A DNA stretch of 38,974 bases, taken from NCBI GenBank assembly GCA_964430255.1, contig CAYSEK010000001.1, positions 1-38,974 on the forward strand, read 5' to 3'. A program made the translations under genes and the position numbers. The notes beneath the pieces are model-generated. The model made no database searches. It was not told where the DNA came from and was given only the letters and a program-made list of their open reading frames with translations. This stretch comes from an uncultured Candidatus Saccharibacteria bacterium (GTDB lineage: Bacteria > Patescibacteriota > Minisyncoccia > Phycocordibacterales > UBA1539). This document shows, in pieces, positions 22,784-32,900 of this stretch; the stretch's first letter is position 1; each line of letters begins with the position of its first letter.

Positions 22784-24748
22784 ATGACAAAAGATACAAA
22801 AAACAAACAAACAGAAGAAAGAGAACTTGAGGGAACGCTCAAGATGACGGCAAAGGGGATAGGATTTGTGCTAGTTGAAGACAGAGATGAAGATATTGAA
22901 ATAGCTCCCTCCTTTTTAAACATGGCCCTTAACGGCGACAAAGTACGTGTACTTCTACATTCAAAAATCCCCGGGAGACAGACGTCAGGTGAAATAATAG
23001 AAATAATATGGCGCGCAAAAATGGAATTTGTTGGTACTCTTGAAAAAGGCAATGGATTCTTTTTTCTGAATCCACAAGACCCCAAAATGTATGTGGATAT
23101 TTTCGTCCCCGGCGGAAAAGCAAAAAATGCAAAAGATGGACAAAAAGCTCTTGTAAAAATAACTAGCTGGGAAGACGGTAAGAAAAACCCAAAAGGAGAA
23201 GTGCTTGAAATCCTAGGAACCCCCGGAGATAACGATGTTGAAATGCAGGCCATCGTGCTTGATAAAGGATTACGCATTGGTTTTCCAGAGCAAGTTGAGA
23301 TAATCGCAAAAGAGATAGAAAGAACAGCAAAAGATGAAATTACAAAGGAAATACAGAATAGACGTGACATGCGAGATGTCACGACATTCACCATCGACCC
23401 GGAAACAGCAAAAGATTTTGACGACGCTCTTTCTTTTGAAGAGCTAGAAAATGGTAACGTTGAGATAGGAATTCATATTGCAGACGTGACACATTATGTC
23501 ACTCCTGGAGGAGATATCGACAACGCAGCAACACGCCGTGCTACCTCCATCTACCTCGTTGACCGCACGATACCGATGCTCCCAGAAGCTCTCTCAAACA
23601 ACATCTGTAGTTTGATGCCTGACGTAGAGCGCCTTGCCTTTTCGGCAGTTTTCACATTTCACAAAGACAGCTTTAAGAGCGACGGGGAGCCAACAATCAT
23701 TGACCAGTGGTTTGGAGAGACAGTCATCAAGTCAGACAAACGGTTCAGCTATGAAGACGCACAAAAGATACTAGATGACAAAAAAGGACTTTTCTATGAT
23801 GAACTTAAAAAACTCAATGACCTCGCGTACAAAATCCGCAAACAAAAGTTTGCAGCTGGCGCAATCTCACTTGAGACAGATGAAGTAAAGTTTGTTTTAG
23901 ATGATAGAGGTGTGCCAATTGATGTAATACGTAAAGTACGTGGAGATACACATAAGATGATTGAGGACTTCATGCTCTTGGCAAACAAGAAAGTAGCAGA
24001 GTATGCATCAAAAAAAATAGGCGAGAAAAAGGGACAATTCGTATATCGCGTACACCCAAAACCAGATCCAGAAAGATTGGTTGCCCTTGTTGCACTTTTA
24101 AACAACCTTGGATATGAACTAAAAATAAAAGAAGGAGAAGTCTCATCAAAAGACATCAATGAAATACTCCTCAAAGCAGAAGGCACAGCAGAGCAAACAC
24201 TCATTCAAACATCAACAATTCGTTCAATGGCAAAGGCAGTGTATTCAACAAAAAATGTCGGGCATTACGGGCTTGCGTTCAAACATTACGCGCACTTTAC
24301 CTCCCCTATTCGCAGATACCCAGATATGATGGTGCATCGCTTAATGAAACTCTATATCGCAGGAAAAACACCTTCACAAAAAATGCTTGAAGAGTACAAT
24401 ACTCTTTCATTGCACTCTTCAGAGATGGAAAAAACTGCATCAGAAGCAGAACGTGGATCTATAAAATATAAACAGGTAGAATACATGACAGAGCGAATTG
24501 GAAAAACATTCCCTGGTATTATTTCTGGTGTGACGCAGTGGGGTATCTATGTAGAAGAAGAACACTCAAAATCTGAAGGAATGGTAAGTCTGCGAAACAT
24601 GGACGATGACTATTACACTTTTGATGAAAAATCTCGAACAATCACAGGCAAACGCCACGGAAAAAAATACCGCCTAGGTGACAAAGTAAAAATAAAAGTA
24701 AAAAAAGCAGACTTGGAAAGAAAAATTATTGATTACGTTTTTGTGTAA
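22784..24748 (+). CDS. rnr: Ribonuclease R (RNB-family 3'-5' exoribonuclease)
   Basis: 654 aa. N-terminal cold-shock-like domains. RNB motifs TIDPETAKDFDDALS and HYGLAFKHYAHFTSPIRRYPD. C-terminal S1 domain (GIISGVTQWGIYVEEE...). Confidence 0.93.
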   Translation: MTKDTKNKQTEERELEGTLKMTAKGIGFVLVEDRDEDIEIAPSFLNMALNGDKVRVLLHSKIPGRQTSGEIIEIIWRAKMEFVGTLEKGNGFFFLNPQDPKMYVDIFVPGGKAKNAKDGQKALVKITSWEDGKKNPKGEVLEILGTPGDNDVEMQAIVLDKGLRIGFPEQVEIIAKEIERTAKDEITKEIQNRRDMRDVTTFTIDPETAKDFDDALSFEELENGNVEIGIHIADVTHYVTPGGDIDNAATRRATSIYLVDRTIPMLPEALSNNICSLMPDVERLAFSAVFTFHKDSFKSDGEPTIIDQWFGETVIKSDKRFSYEDAQKILDDKKGLFYDELKKLNDLAYKIRKQKFAAGAISLETDEVKFVLDDRGVPIDVIRKVRGDTHKMIEDFMLLANKKVAEYASKKIGEKKGQFVYRVHPKPDPERLVALVALLNNLGYELKIKEGEVSSKDINEILLKAEGTAEQTLIQTSTIRSMAKAVYSTKNVGHYGLAFKHYAHFTSPIRRYPDMMVHRLMKLYIAGKTPSQKMLEEYNTLSLHSSEMEKTASEAERGSIKYKQVEYMTERIGKTFPGIISGVTQWGIYVEEEHSKSEGMVSLRNMDDDYYTFDEKSRTITGKRHGKKYRLGDKVKIKVKKADLERKIIDYVFV

Positions 24749-24750
24749 AA

Positions 24751-24783
24751 AGAGAGGCTCATTTAAAATAAATGAGCCTCTCT
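24751..24783. terminator. Bidirectional terminator between rnr and the M15 peptidase gene
   Basis: 13-bp stem agagaggctcatt / aatgagcctctct, loop taaaata. Confidence 0.65.
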
Positions 24784-24794
24784 GAGACTACAAT

Positions 24795-25376
24795 CTAAAA
24801 AATATAATTTTTAAAATTGTAATGAAAGTATTCTCTTTTCGTCCCAAACTCAAAACCAGCTTGGAACATCGCTACCTTCAGTAATGTTTGGAGTTCGTGG
24901 TACATCCTAGCTTTTTCATCTTTCATGTCTTCGTAAAAGCCATAGAAAAATGCGGGTACTCCATCATTGCAGTCACGCATTTGGACTTCTTCTCCTTTTT
25001 TGAAGTCCCACAAAACTACATCGACAGACTTCCCGCTTGCGTGGAACATGTCCTTCATATTAAAGATACTGTCTGCTTCTTTTTGCCCGTTGCGCTCCAC
25101 GCGCCTCTTGTAAATCAATTTGTATAAAGCTTCGGGTCTCCACCCTTCCTTAATACAAATTCCATATCCGTCAAACATAAGTCTTTTCTGAGCACAGACA
25201 AGAGCTGGTATTATTTCTCTATGGATTAAAACGTTCCCATCAGTGACACCTGTTTCCATAACCTCCTCTTTTGTTATTTTAACAGATTCATGTCGATACC
25301 AATAGAAGTTAAATCCTATTAATCCGAAACGACCAATCCACACCAAATCTTTTGTTTCACCTGGGAAAACTAACAT
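24795..25376 (-). CDS. M15-family zinc peptidase, D-Ala-D-Ala dipeptidase-like (VanX/DdpX-like)
   Basis: 193 aa. FHASGKSVDV (H-x-x-G-x-x-x-D) and EYFHY (E-x-x-H) match the VanX-type zinc ligands and catalytic Glu spacing. AGGAG lies 7 nt upstream of the ATG. Confidence 0.6.
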   Translation of the reverse strand: MLVFPGETKDLVWIGRFGLIGFNFYWYRHESVKITKEEVMETGVTDGNVLIHREIIPALVCAQKRLMFDGYGICIKEGWRPEALYKLIYKRRVERNGQKEADSIFNMKDMFHASGKSVDVVLWDFKKGEEVQMRDCNDGVPAFFYGFYEDMKDEKARMYHELQTLLKVAMFQAGFEFGTKREYFHYNFKNYIF

Positions 25377-25415
25377 GGCAAATCTCCTATAAAATTAAAA
25401 GGCGAAATCAATCTC

Positions 25416-25444
25416 TTTACAGAATATCACGGATAAGGTACTAT
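25416..25444 (+). promoter_or_regulatory. murD promoter candidate placed for a leaderless transcript
   Basis: TTTACA - 17 nt - TACTAT - 8 nt - ATG 25453. Confidence 0.45.
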
Positions 25445-25452
25445 GTCAACTA

Positions 25453-26688
25453 ATGAAACTTAGAGACATTAAAGAAAAACAAAAAATCGCCATAGTCGGT
25501 TTCGGTGTTGAAGGAAAGGCTGTCTATGAATATTTTAAAAAACAAAATACTGATTTAGAGATTCATATCTTTGACGAAAACCCTAATGCTAAATTCCCAG
25601 ATGCTATTATTTTACATCCAAACTTAAGAATTCCGGCTAATTTTGAAATTATCTACAAAACCCCAGGAATCCCAACGAGTAAACTAAAATTAGAAAATCC
25701 AGATACAGAAATTTCCAGTCTCACAAATATATTCTTCGAAGAAGCCAATGGAACAATAATCGGGGTGACGGGAACAAAAGGTAAAGGGACAATTACTACT
25801 CTAATTGATCATATTTTAAATGAAAATGGATTTAACTCAGTAATGCTAGGGAACATAGGGATAGCAGGACTACAACTTTTAGAAAAAGATTCGAAAGACA
25901 AATTTTATATTTATGAAATAAGCAGTTTCCAGTGTGAACACTTGAACAAGTCTCCTCACATTGCTGTTTTAAATAATCTTTTTCCTGATCACTTAAATCA
26001 CCATAAAGATATTGGAGAATACAAAAAAGCTAAATTGAATATAACAAAATTCCAAACACCTAAAGATTATTTTATAAATGCCAGCGACATTGAAATTGAA
26101 ACTTTAGCTAAGCAAATTAAAATTAACACACTGCCAAAACCAAAATTTAAAACCAAGTTACTAGGTGACTATAATCAGATGAATTGCCTAGTTGCACATG
26201 AAGTGGCAAAAATTTTAAATGTTCCAGAAAATAAGATCCGGGAAGCAATCAGAACTTACAAGCCTCTACCTTTGAGATTGGAAAAAGTCACAGAAAAGAA
26301 TGGGGTCACTTTTTATGATGATTCTTTGGCAACAATACCTGAAGCAACTCTGGCTTCAGTTCAAGCCCTAGGAGATGTAAACACAATAATATTAGGGGGC
26401 TCAGACAAAGGTTCACCTCTGGAAGAATTTGCCAAAGGACTAACAAAAACCTCGATAAAAAATTTTATAATTTTCCCAACCAACGGAAAAGAAATGGTGA
26501 AATACGTAAAAGACGATGCAAACAGAAACATCTTTGAAGTAAACAATATGCGAGATGCGGTAAGAATTGCTTACAAAAACTGCAAAGGAATCTGCTTGCT
26601 CTCAAATGCCGCCGCAAGCCTAAATATATTTAAAAACTACAAAGACAAAAGCAATCAATACCAACACTGGATTAAGGAATTAAAATAA
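25453..26688 (+). CDS. murD: UDP-N-acetylmuramoyl-L-alanine--D-glutamate ligase
   Basis: 411 aa. N-terminal Rossmann KIAIVGFGVEGKA. Mur-ligase P-loop GVTGTKGKGT. Length and domain order fit MurD. Confidence 0.8.
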   Translation: MKLRDIKEKQKIAIVGFGVEGKAVYEYFKKQNTDLEIHIFDENPNAKFPDAIILHPNLRIPANFEIIYKTPGIPTSKLKLENPDTEISSLTNIFFEEANGTIIGVTGTKGKGTITTLIDHILNENGFNSVMLGNIGIAGLQLLEKDSKDKFYIYEISSFQCEHLNKSPHIAVLNNLFPDHLNHHKDIGEYKKAKLNITKFQTPKDYFINASDIEIETLAKQIKINTLPKPKFKTKLLGDYNQMNCLVAHEVAKILNVPENKIREAIRTYKPLPLRLEKVTEKNGVTFYDDSLATIPEATLASVQALGDVNTIILGGSDKGSPLEEFAKGLTKTSIKNFIIFPTNGKEMVKYVKDDANRNIFEVNNMRDAVRIAYKNCKGICLLSNAAASLNIFKNYKDKSNQYQHWIKELK

Positions 26689-26764
26689 ATGCAAATCTGA
26701 AAAGGAGGACCATTGACTACTTGTTTGTGTAAGTGCCATAAAATAGCTTAAAACAAGGTCTCCA

Positions 26765-26870
26765 AACGCCCCAATTGAACTGTGCTCACAAAGCAAACAC
26801 GGGAATTAACCTGTTAAGTACTTAAAAGATGATTTCTGTATTGAGCAGGAGTAATCTTTTTTAAGTTGCA
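26765..26870 (-). mobile_element. Possible relic of an IS3-family (IS150-group) right end
   Basis: The minus-strand frame reads CNLKKITPAQYRNHLLST*, resembling the ...LKGLSPVQYR... transposase C-terminus. Downstream acagttcaattggggcg resembles the terminal repeat. It is truncated upstream by the A2M gene end. Recollection-based and needs ISfinder. Confidence 0.3.
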
Positions 26871-26901
26871 CTAGGTTGTTTTTTTAAACCCTAACAGTAA
26901 A

Positions 26902-29900
26902 TTACTTATTAATAATAAAAGTTCTTCCACTTGTTCTCCCAAAGAATTCCGGGTTGTATAGTTCACTTGCGGATGCGGGTAAGTGCTGGAAAACTCCCGG
27001 CACAAGCGCGCGTGCATAATATTCATACACATATAATCCTGGACTAAGCTTTTCGCTAAATAGGAAGATACGATCATCGTGAAATTCTTTAAAATTCGGG
27101 CGGTATGTTTTATTGTATACGTTTGTTGTTACCCCTTTTTTATTACGGCTGTCTTTGTAAACTTCTACCTCTTCCATGTCTTTGAACTGCTGTGTTTTCA
27201 TAAACAGAGATACGTTGACCGGTTCTTCAGGTTCGTACTGTGTGCTATCTATAGCGCTATCGAGTGCAATTTTGTCTTCTGTAGCAAGTGTAAAATTAAT
27301 TGGCTCCAAACCTGCCGGCAACACATCTTCCAATCCAAACAAATGCATTGTTTTTGTAGAATTGAATACAATCCGACCAACCACAACATCTCCAACTTTT
27401 GCTTCTCTGAGAGGCTCTGTGCGGGCGGTGTCATTGATTGAATAAAATTGCCTATCTATACGCACCCCCTCATCACGCGCTGGAACAATATCACGGTCTA
27501 AATAATATTTCATTGATATATCATAGTAGAACGTATCTGCTCGGTCACCGCGCGCTACTCGCTGGAAGAAAATATCTTTCTTTTCTCCAAGCCCTAAATC
27601 TTCAAAACTTATATTTGTTTCAAATCCATAAATTCTACTATCTTTTTGCGTATCATATTTCCCTACTGGTTCTTCATTCAGTGAAATATTGAGTTCATAA
27701 TCTGCATTCTGTTCATCTTTCCAAGTAATGTACTGGGAAAGAGTTTGTACCATTACTTGAGTGGTGTTTGTATTGATCCACGCGCCATTTTGGTAGCGTT
27801 GAGCAAGTAACCACTTAAGAATATTTTTGTATTCTTTATGTGGTTTTTTTTGCTTCATAATTGCCTGCAAAACCAATGCGGTATTTTTCACGCCTGTTTC
27901 ATAATAATCTTTTTGTATATTTTCACGATTGCTTTTTACAAACACACCATCAACATCCAAGCCAAGACGTCTGTCAATCTCTTTCCACACATTACGCCTA
28001 TCCCAAAATCGAAGCCTATCAGAAAGAAGTGCTGCGTAACCAAGTCCTGTACTACTGATATTTTTTAAATTCTTTTTTGTGATACCAGCTCTTATCGCGC
28101 TTATTTGTCTGTTCACAGATTTTGGCGTTGGGTCAATATTTGTAAGTGGATATGTTGCAGCAAGAAGATTGTCCAATGCATATATGTTCTTTTTGTATTG
28201 GCTTTTGTCTACTTTGATTTTCTTGCTCTCTTTTAAAACATACGCCAGTACGGCATCGTAACTTGATTGATTAATACCTACTCCCGCAGTACGCAACTCT
28301 TCAAACACAGAGAGAATATGCAATGAAAGGCTGAAATTTGGCTCAAGTCCATTGTAGTATGCAAAACCTCCACTACTTGTCTGCGTTTCGTAAATGCGCG
28401 CTAATCCTGTTTCAATAGCCTCATCTACGGTGTACAAGACGCCTCGAAATTCTATAGTGTCGATTGCGAACTCTTTGCCAATGTTCTCTATATTGGCGGC
28501 AGCTACCACTGTCGCAAGCGTACTGATCTTACTTGCAAGCTGTTCACTGCACCCATAAGGAAAAGCTATCATATAATTAAGCGAGTCTTCCAAGAACGCT
28601 GCGACTGTGGAGTTAGCACGAATTTTTAACCCACCAGCGTTTGCATGAATATTTTCCGGTGTATAAATTTGCGCTGTGGCAGTATCTCCGTCGGCAAAAG
28701 AAGCGAGACTTACTGTTTCATAGGTGGTATTTTCCGTGATAGGAATTATTTTTTCAACAGTATCTTCAAAACCAAAACCCTTTGCGGAAAGAAGCACAGT
28801 GTGTGTACCAGCCTCTTTACCCAAAGGCGCGCGTACTTTAGCATACACAGTTTTTGAGCTTCCACTCGGTATATAATGCACCGAGCGTGCCTTCCCAATC
28901 ATTTCCAACGTATCACTTTCAAATGATACGGAAATATTTTGCGCTTGCCGTGTCTGATTCATCACCAAAGCCCCAATTTCAAATTCATCACCGGGAATAA
29001 TAAATCGTGGCAAAAGAGGAAGTGTCATAATTTTTTTCTTCTCTTCAAACTCCAAATAATCTACTCCGACTTTAGTATCTTTTGTAATACCTATTGTTTC
29101 TATGCGCCATTTGGTTAGATTATCTGGAAGTGTAAATGTTATCGTGCCATATCCATTTGCGCCGGTAAGAACTTTAGCACTCCAAAAAGCAGTGTCTTTA
29201 AAAATACCTCTTTTTTTCTTTTCCAAATCACTTACTGACCCACCACCACCTTTGGTGCCGGTTGGTATTTCAATCTCCTCATGAACATGCTTCAGGTTTG
29301 AACTAGTAATCACTCCGTGAGGCAAGCCTGAATAGAAAAACTCAAGGGGTTTACGCACAGGATTACCTTTTAGCGCCAACACGCTCATATCAACCACAGC
29401 AACAGACACTTCAGCCGGCATCGGCGCGCCGGCGCGCGAGGTCGTATAAATATCCAAAGTAACCCGCTCGCCCGGAATGTATGATTGCTTATTACTCAAA
29501 ACATTAATATTAAGCTCTTTATTTTTACGATTTATATTGAGACGCACTTCTCCGTATTTTATCTCCGGTTCCGGAGAAAGCAACACTACACTTACCACCA
29601 CATTTGGAATATGCTCATCTCGTATTCTAAAATCATAATCAAAAAAACTTCGCTCTACATCAATCACTTCATAGTCCATCACAGTACCACGTTCTACAGT
29701 AACCAGCGCTTTTGCTTTTTGATATGGTGATTGAATGATAATCTTCGGCGCATCTCCCACATCGTAATCTTTTTGCTCTACGGCAATGTCAAGAGTTCTG
29801 TCATTTGAAGGTTTTACCGAAACAACATCGTCTCCATACACATACAATGTACGTTGTGACCACAATGCATTACCCCGCGCATCTTTCCCACTCAGTGTAA

Positions 29901-32900
29901 TTTCATATTGCCCGGCAGAAGGAAACGCAATACTGCCGACATAATCTCCCTGCGTGTTTGTGTTTATTAGTATGTCATGTGTTGGAGTTCGCACTTCTTC
30001 CCATTTGTAATAAAATTCTCCATCCACTTCTTGACGACGATATTTTTGCCATTCAACCCGCTCAGCACGCAATGTGATTCCGCTTTTTGCAACACCATAG
30101 CCTTTGGTATTTACCGTCTTTACCTCAAAAGGCACTGTTTTGTTTTCTTCTACAAAAGGTTTCGTAAAGCGAACAGAAGTGTAATATTGCGCGCTGTGTA
30201 CAATAAACGATGTTTGCCCGCTAACACTTCTTCCTTGCGAGTCTTTTACCACAGCACGTATAACAAAAATCTTGCTCTTCCGACGCGCTTTTTCATCTTT
30301 TTCAAAAAGTGTTTCAAAGTTAGTTTCTTGACTTATTGTCACTTGTCCGTTTTTCAACTCCGCCTTGCCACGAGCTATAAACTTATCGCCATAACTACAA
30401 CTACGACAACCGTACCAATTTGAATCAAATCTGAAGCGTTTATCTTTTGAACGATCAAAAAAATAATCTTGCGACATAATACTATAGCTTACTTCTCCTT
30501 TTTGAATTGGCACACCAAAGAAATGTTTCGCGTCAATCCGTATCTCCGCTATGTCTCCAGAGGTATATTCATCTTCCTCGCTTGCTATCTCAACCTTAAA
30601 TGGCGACCTCACAAACTCCTCAACATCAAAACGTGTCATGCCTCTTGCGCCTCGCACACTGTATGTGCCAAGAGGCGCGTCTTTCTTTAGTTTGAAAGAG
30701 ATATCAAATGTTCCATAATCATTTAATTGCACATCTGTTTTTTTAATAATATCGCCACGACTATTTCGTACTTCCACTTTTATTTTCCTGCCAGCAAGTA
30801 CTTCAAAATCACCATCGTAACCAATGCGATGCAATCCTTTTATAAATACTTCATGTCCGGGTCTATAGATCGGACGATCTGTGTACAAATATGTTTTTTC
30901 AAATTCATATGCTTGTGATGAACGATTTAATGTATCAGCCCAATTGCTTACAATCGCAGTTTCATCACCAGACACCACATACGCCCCGGCAACATCAATA
31001 ATAATTGGGGAGCGAGCAATTCCTTCAAAGTTTGTCTTCGTACTTGTGGCAAATACTACATTATTCGGTTTTTGTTGTGAACTTTTATTCTGATACACAA
31101 ACACTGTCGCATTTTTTATCGGGTCAAGTGTTGAAATATCAGCAGCCCAATATAAGTTTGTCGGCATGTTGTTTTTCTCAAGTAAATTTGTTTGCAGTGA
31201 ATTTTTTTGCCTGTGAGAACGTGCCAAATCAACACGATTTGTCTTTTTTTCAACTAAAGAAATGTTCGTCACACTGGTAAATATGTGATCATAGCGCTGG
31301 GTTTCTATCTTTTTTCTGTCAATATATTTTTCATATACATAGTCAGGATGCGTAAATGAAATAGCATAATGCCCTCGAGTATCAGCAAAATAATCTTTCA
31401 GATCTACTGTAAAATAATGTCTCTTGAATTTTTCTTTTGGAAAATCTACTGACAGCGTCTTTTTTGAAAGACATTTAAAAGGCAACTCATCTCTCTGATT
31501 TGCATACCTGCCGGCAGAGATCATATCAGAGGGAGACAACTTGCAAATTGATACCTCAATTTCTTTAAAATTTTCTGTAAACAAAGTAAACTTGGTTTTT
31601 TGCGGAACAGTAACGCTGTACTTACGATTCATCGTACCAAAAAGCAAGACAGGTTTTGTTTTCCCACTGTCTTTTTTGAAGGACTGTGTAATAAATGATA
31701 CGCTACGCTGCGCCGAACCACCAAACTGGTCATCAACACGCAGAGATATATCATACGAAGTTTCCGCCATAAGACTGTAGTAAATATTCGTCATATACTC
31801 ACCTTCCCCGCAAGACCCATTTCGCCCCCTATAACTTCCTGGCACTTTCTGCGAACGTTGCCATGAATTAAATTTAATTTTCTTATCACTCTTAAATACA
31901 CTCGCGTAATCCTCCTCATCATACCTCTTGAGTGGCACTGTTGAACAAAGCATAAGAGTACTTACACTTGCCTTCTTGTCACCATCCTCCGGTGTTATTT
32001 TTGTTATCTCAAGTTTTGGTATCGTAGTGAGCGTTACTATTTGTGGCTCAATAAGCAAATCAATTCCTCTTCTCGTAACCGCGCGTTCAAATATCACATC
32101 AAATACTTCTCCTTTGCTAAATACAGAATCATCAAAAGAAACAAGTATCGTATCGTACATTTTTTCTTTCTTGCAAACATCTTTTCCTAAATTACGCTCC
32201 TCCTTAACACAACGCATTTCATACTCAATATTTTTCACACCCTTACCGGATACAATCGACTTTTCAATATCTATTTCCTCATATAAATTAAAGCGCAACT
32301 CCCCTTGCGGGTCAAAAAGTTCATGACTTACAAAAGTACTGCGCTTTGATACAGCCCTCATAGAACGCACAAATTTATTGATACTAATAGATCCTTTGAT
32401 TGGTTCATCTATAAAAATATCACCTTCTAGTGGATATATTTCACTTAGCTCATATTCGTACTGCGTATCAAAATCCCAAAAACCAGCACGCCCCAAATCA
32501 TCACTTTTTGGACTTATCACAACAGAAGAACGGTCAAAGATGCGCTCCTTTTGTTTAAGTTTCGGATTATATGTCAGCCGTGAAGCATATTCAATATCCA
32601 CCTCTACTCGCTCGTCAGAACCTTTTTCTTTTTTCTGCAATACTTCAATTTGCATCCTCTCAATATCAACGGGCTGATTAAAACTAATGCGAATTGGAAC
32701 ATCGTAAGCAAGTGTTCTTATTGAAGAATAAGTTTTCACAAGAGGTAAAACAGTAAAAGTATATGTATCGGGCGCGACTTGCAGACCGTCTACCGACATG
32801 AATGATTCACCGACAGTAACTGAATATTTTGAGGAGCGCTGTAAGTGTTCTTCAGGAATAAATTGCAAATATCGCTCGCTCACCCATTTAAAATGTCCCT

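Noticed and set aside
22765-23394. 209-aa ORF antisense to the 5' part of rnr
   Set aside because: It is S/F/P/I-rich, a mirror-image composition typical of the antisense frame of a K/E-rich gene. It has no start context, and the sense-strand gene (RNase R) is strongly supported.
26871-27077. 68-aa minus-strand ORF overlapping the 3' end of the A2M gene
   Set aside because: It is an out-of-frame overlap with the strongly supported A2M ORF and has no independent signals.
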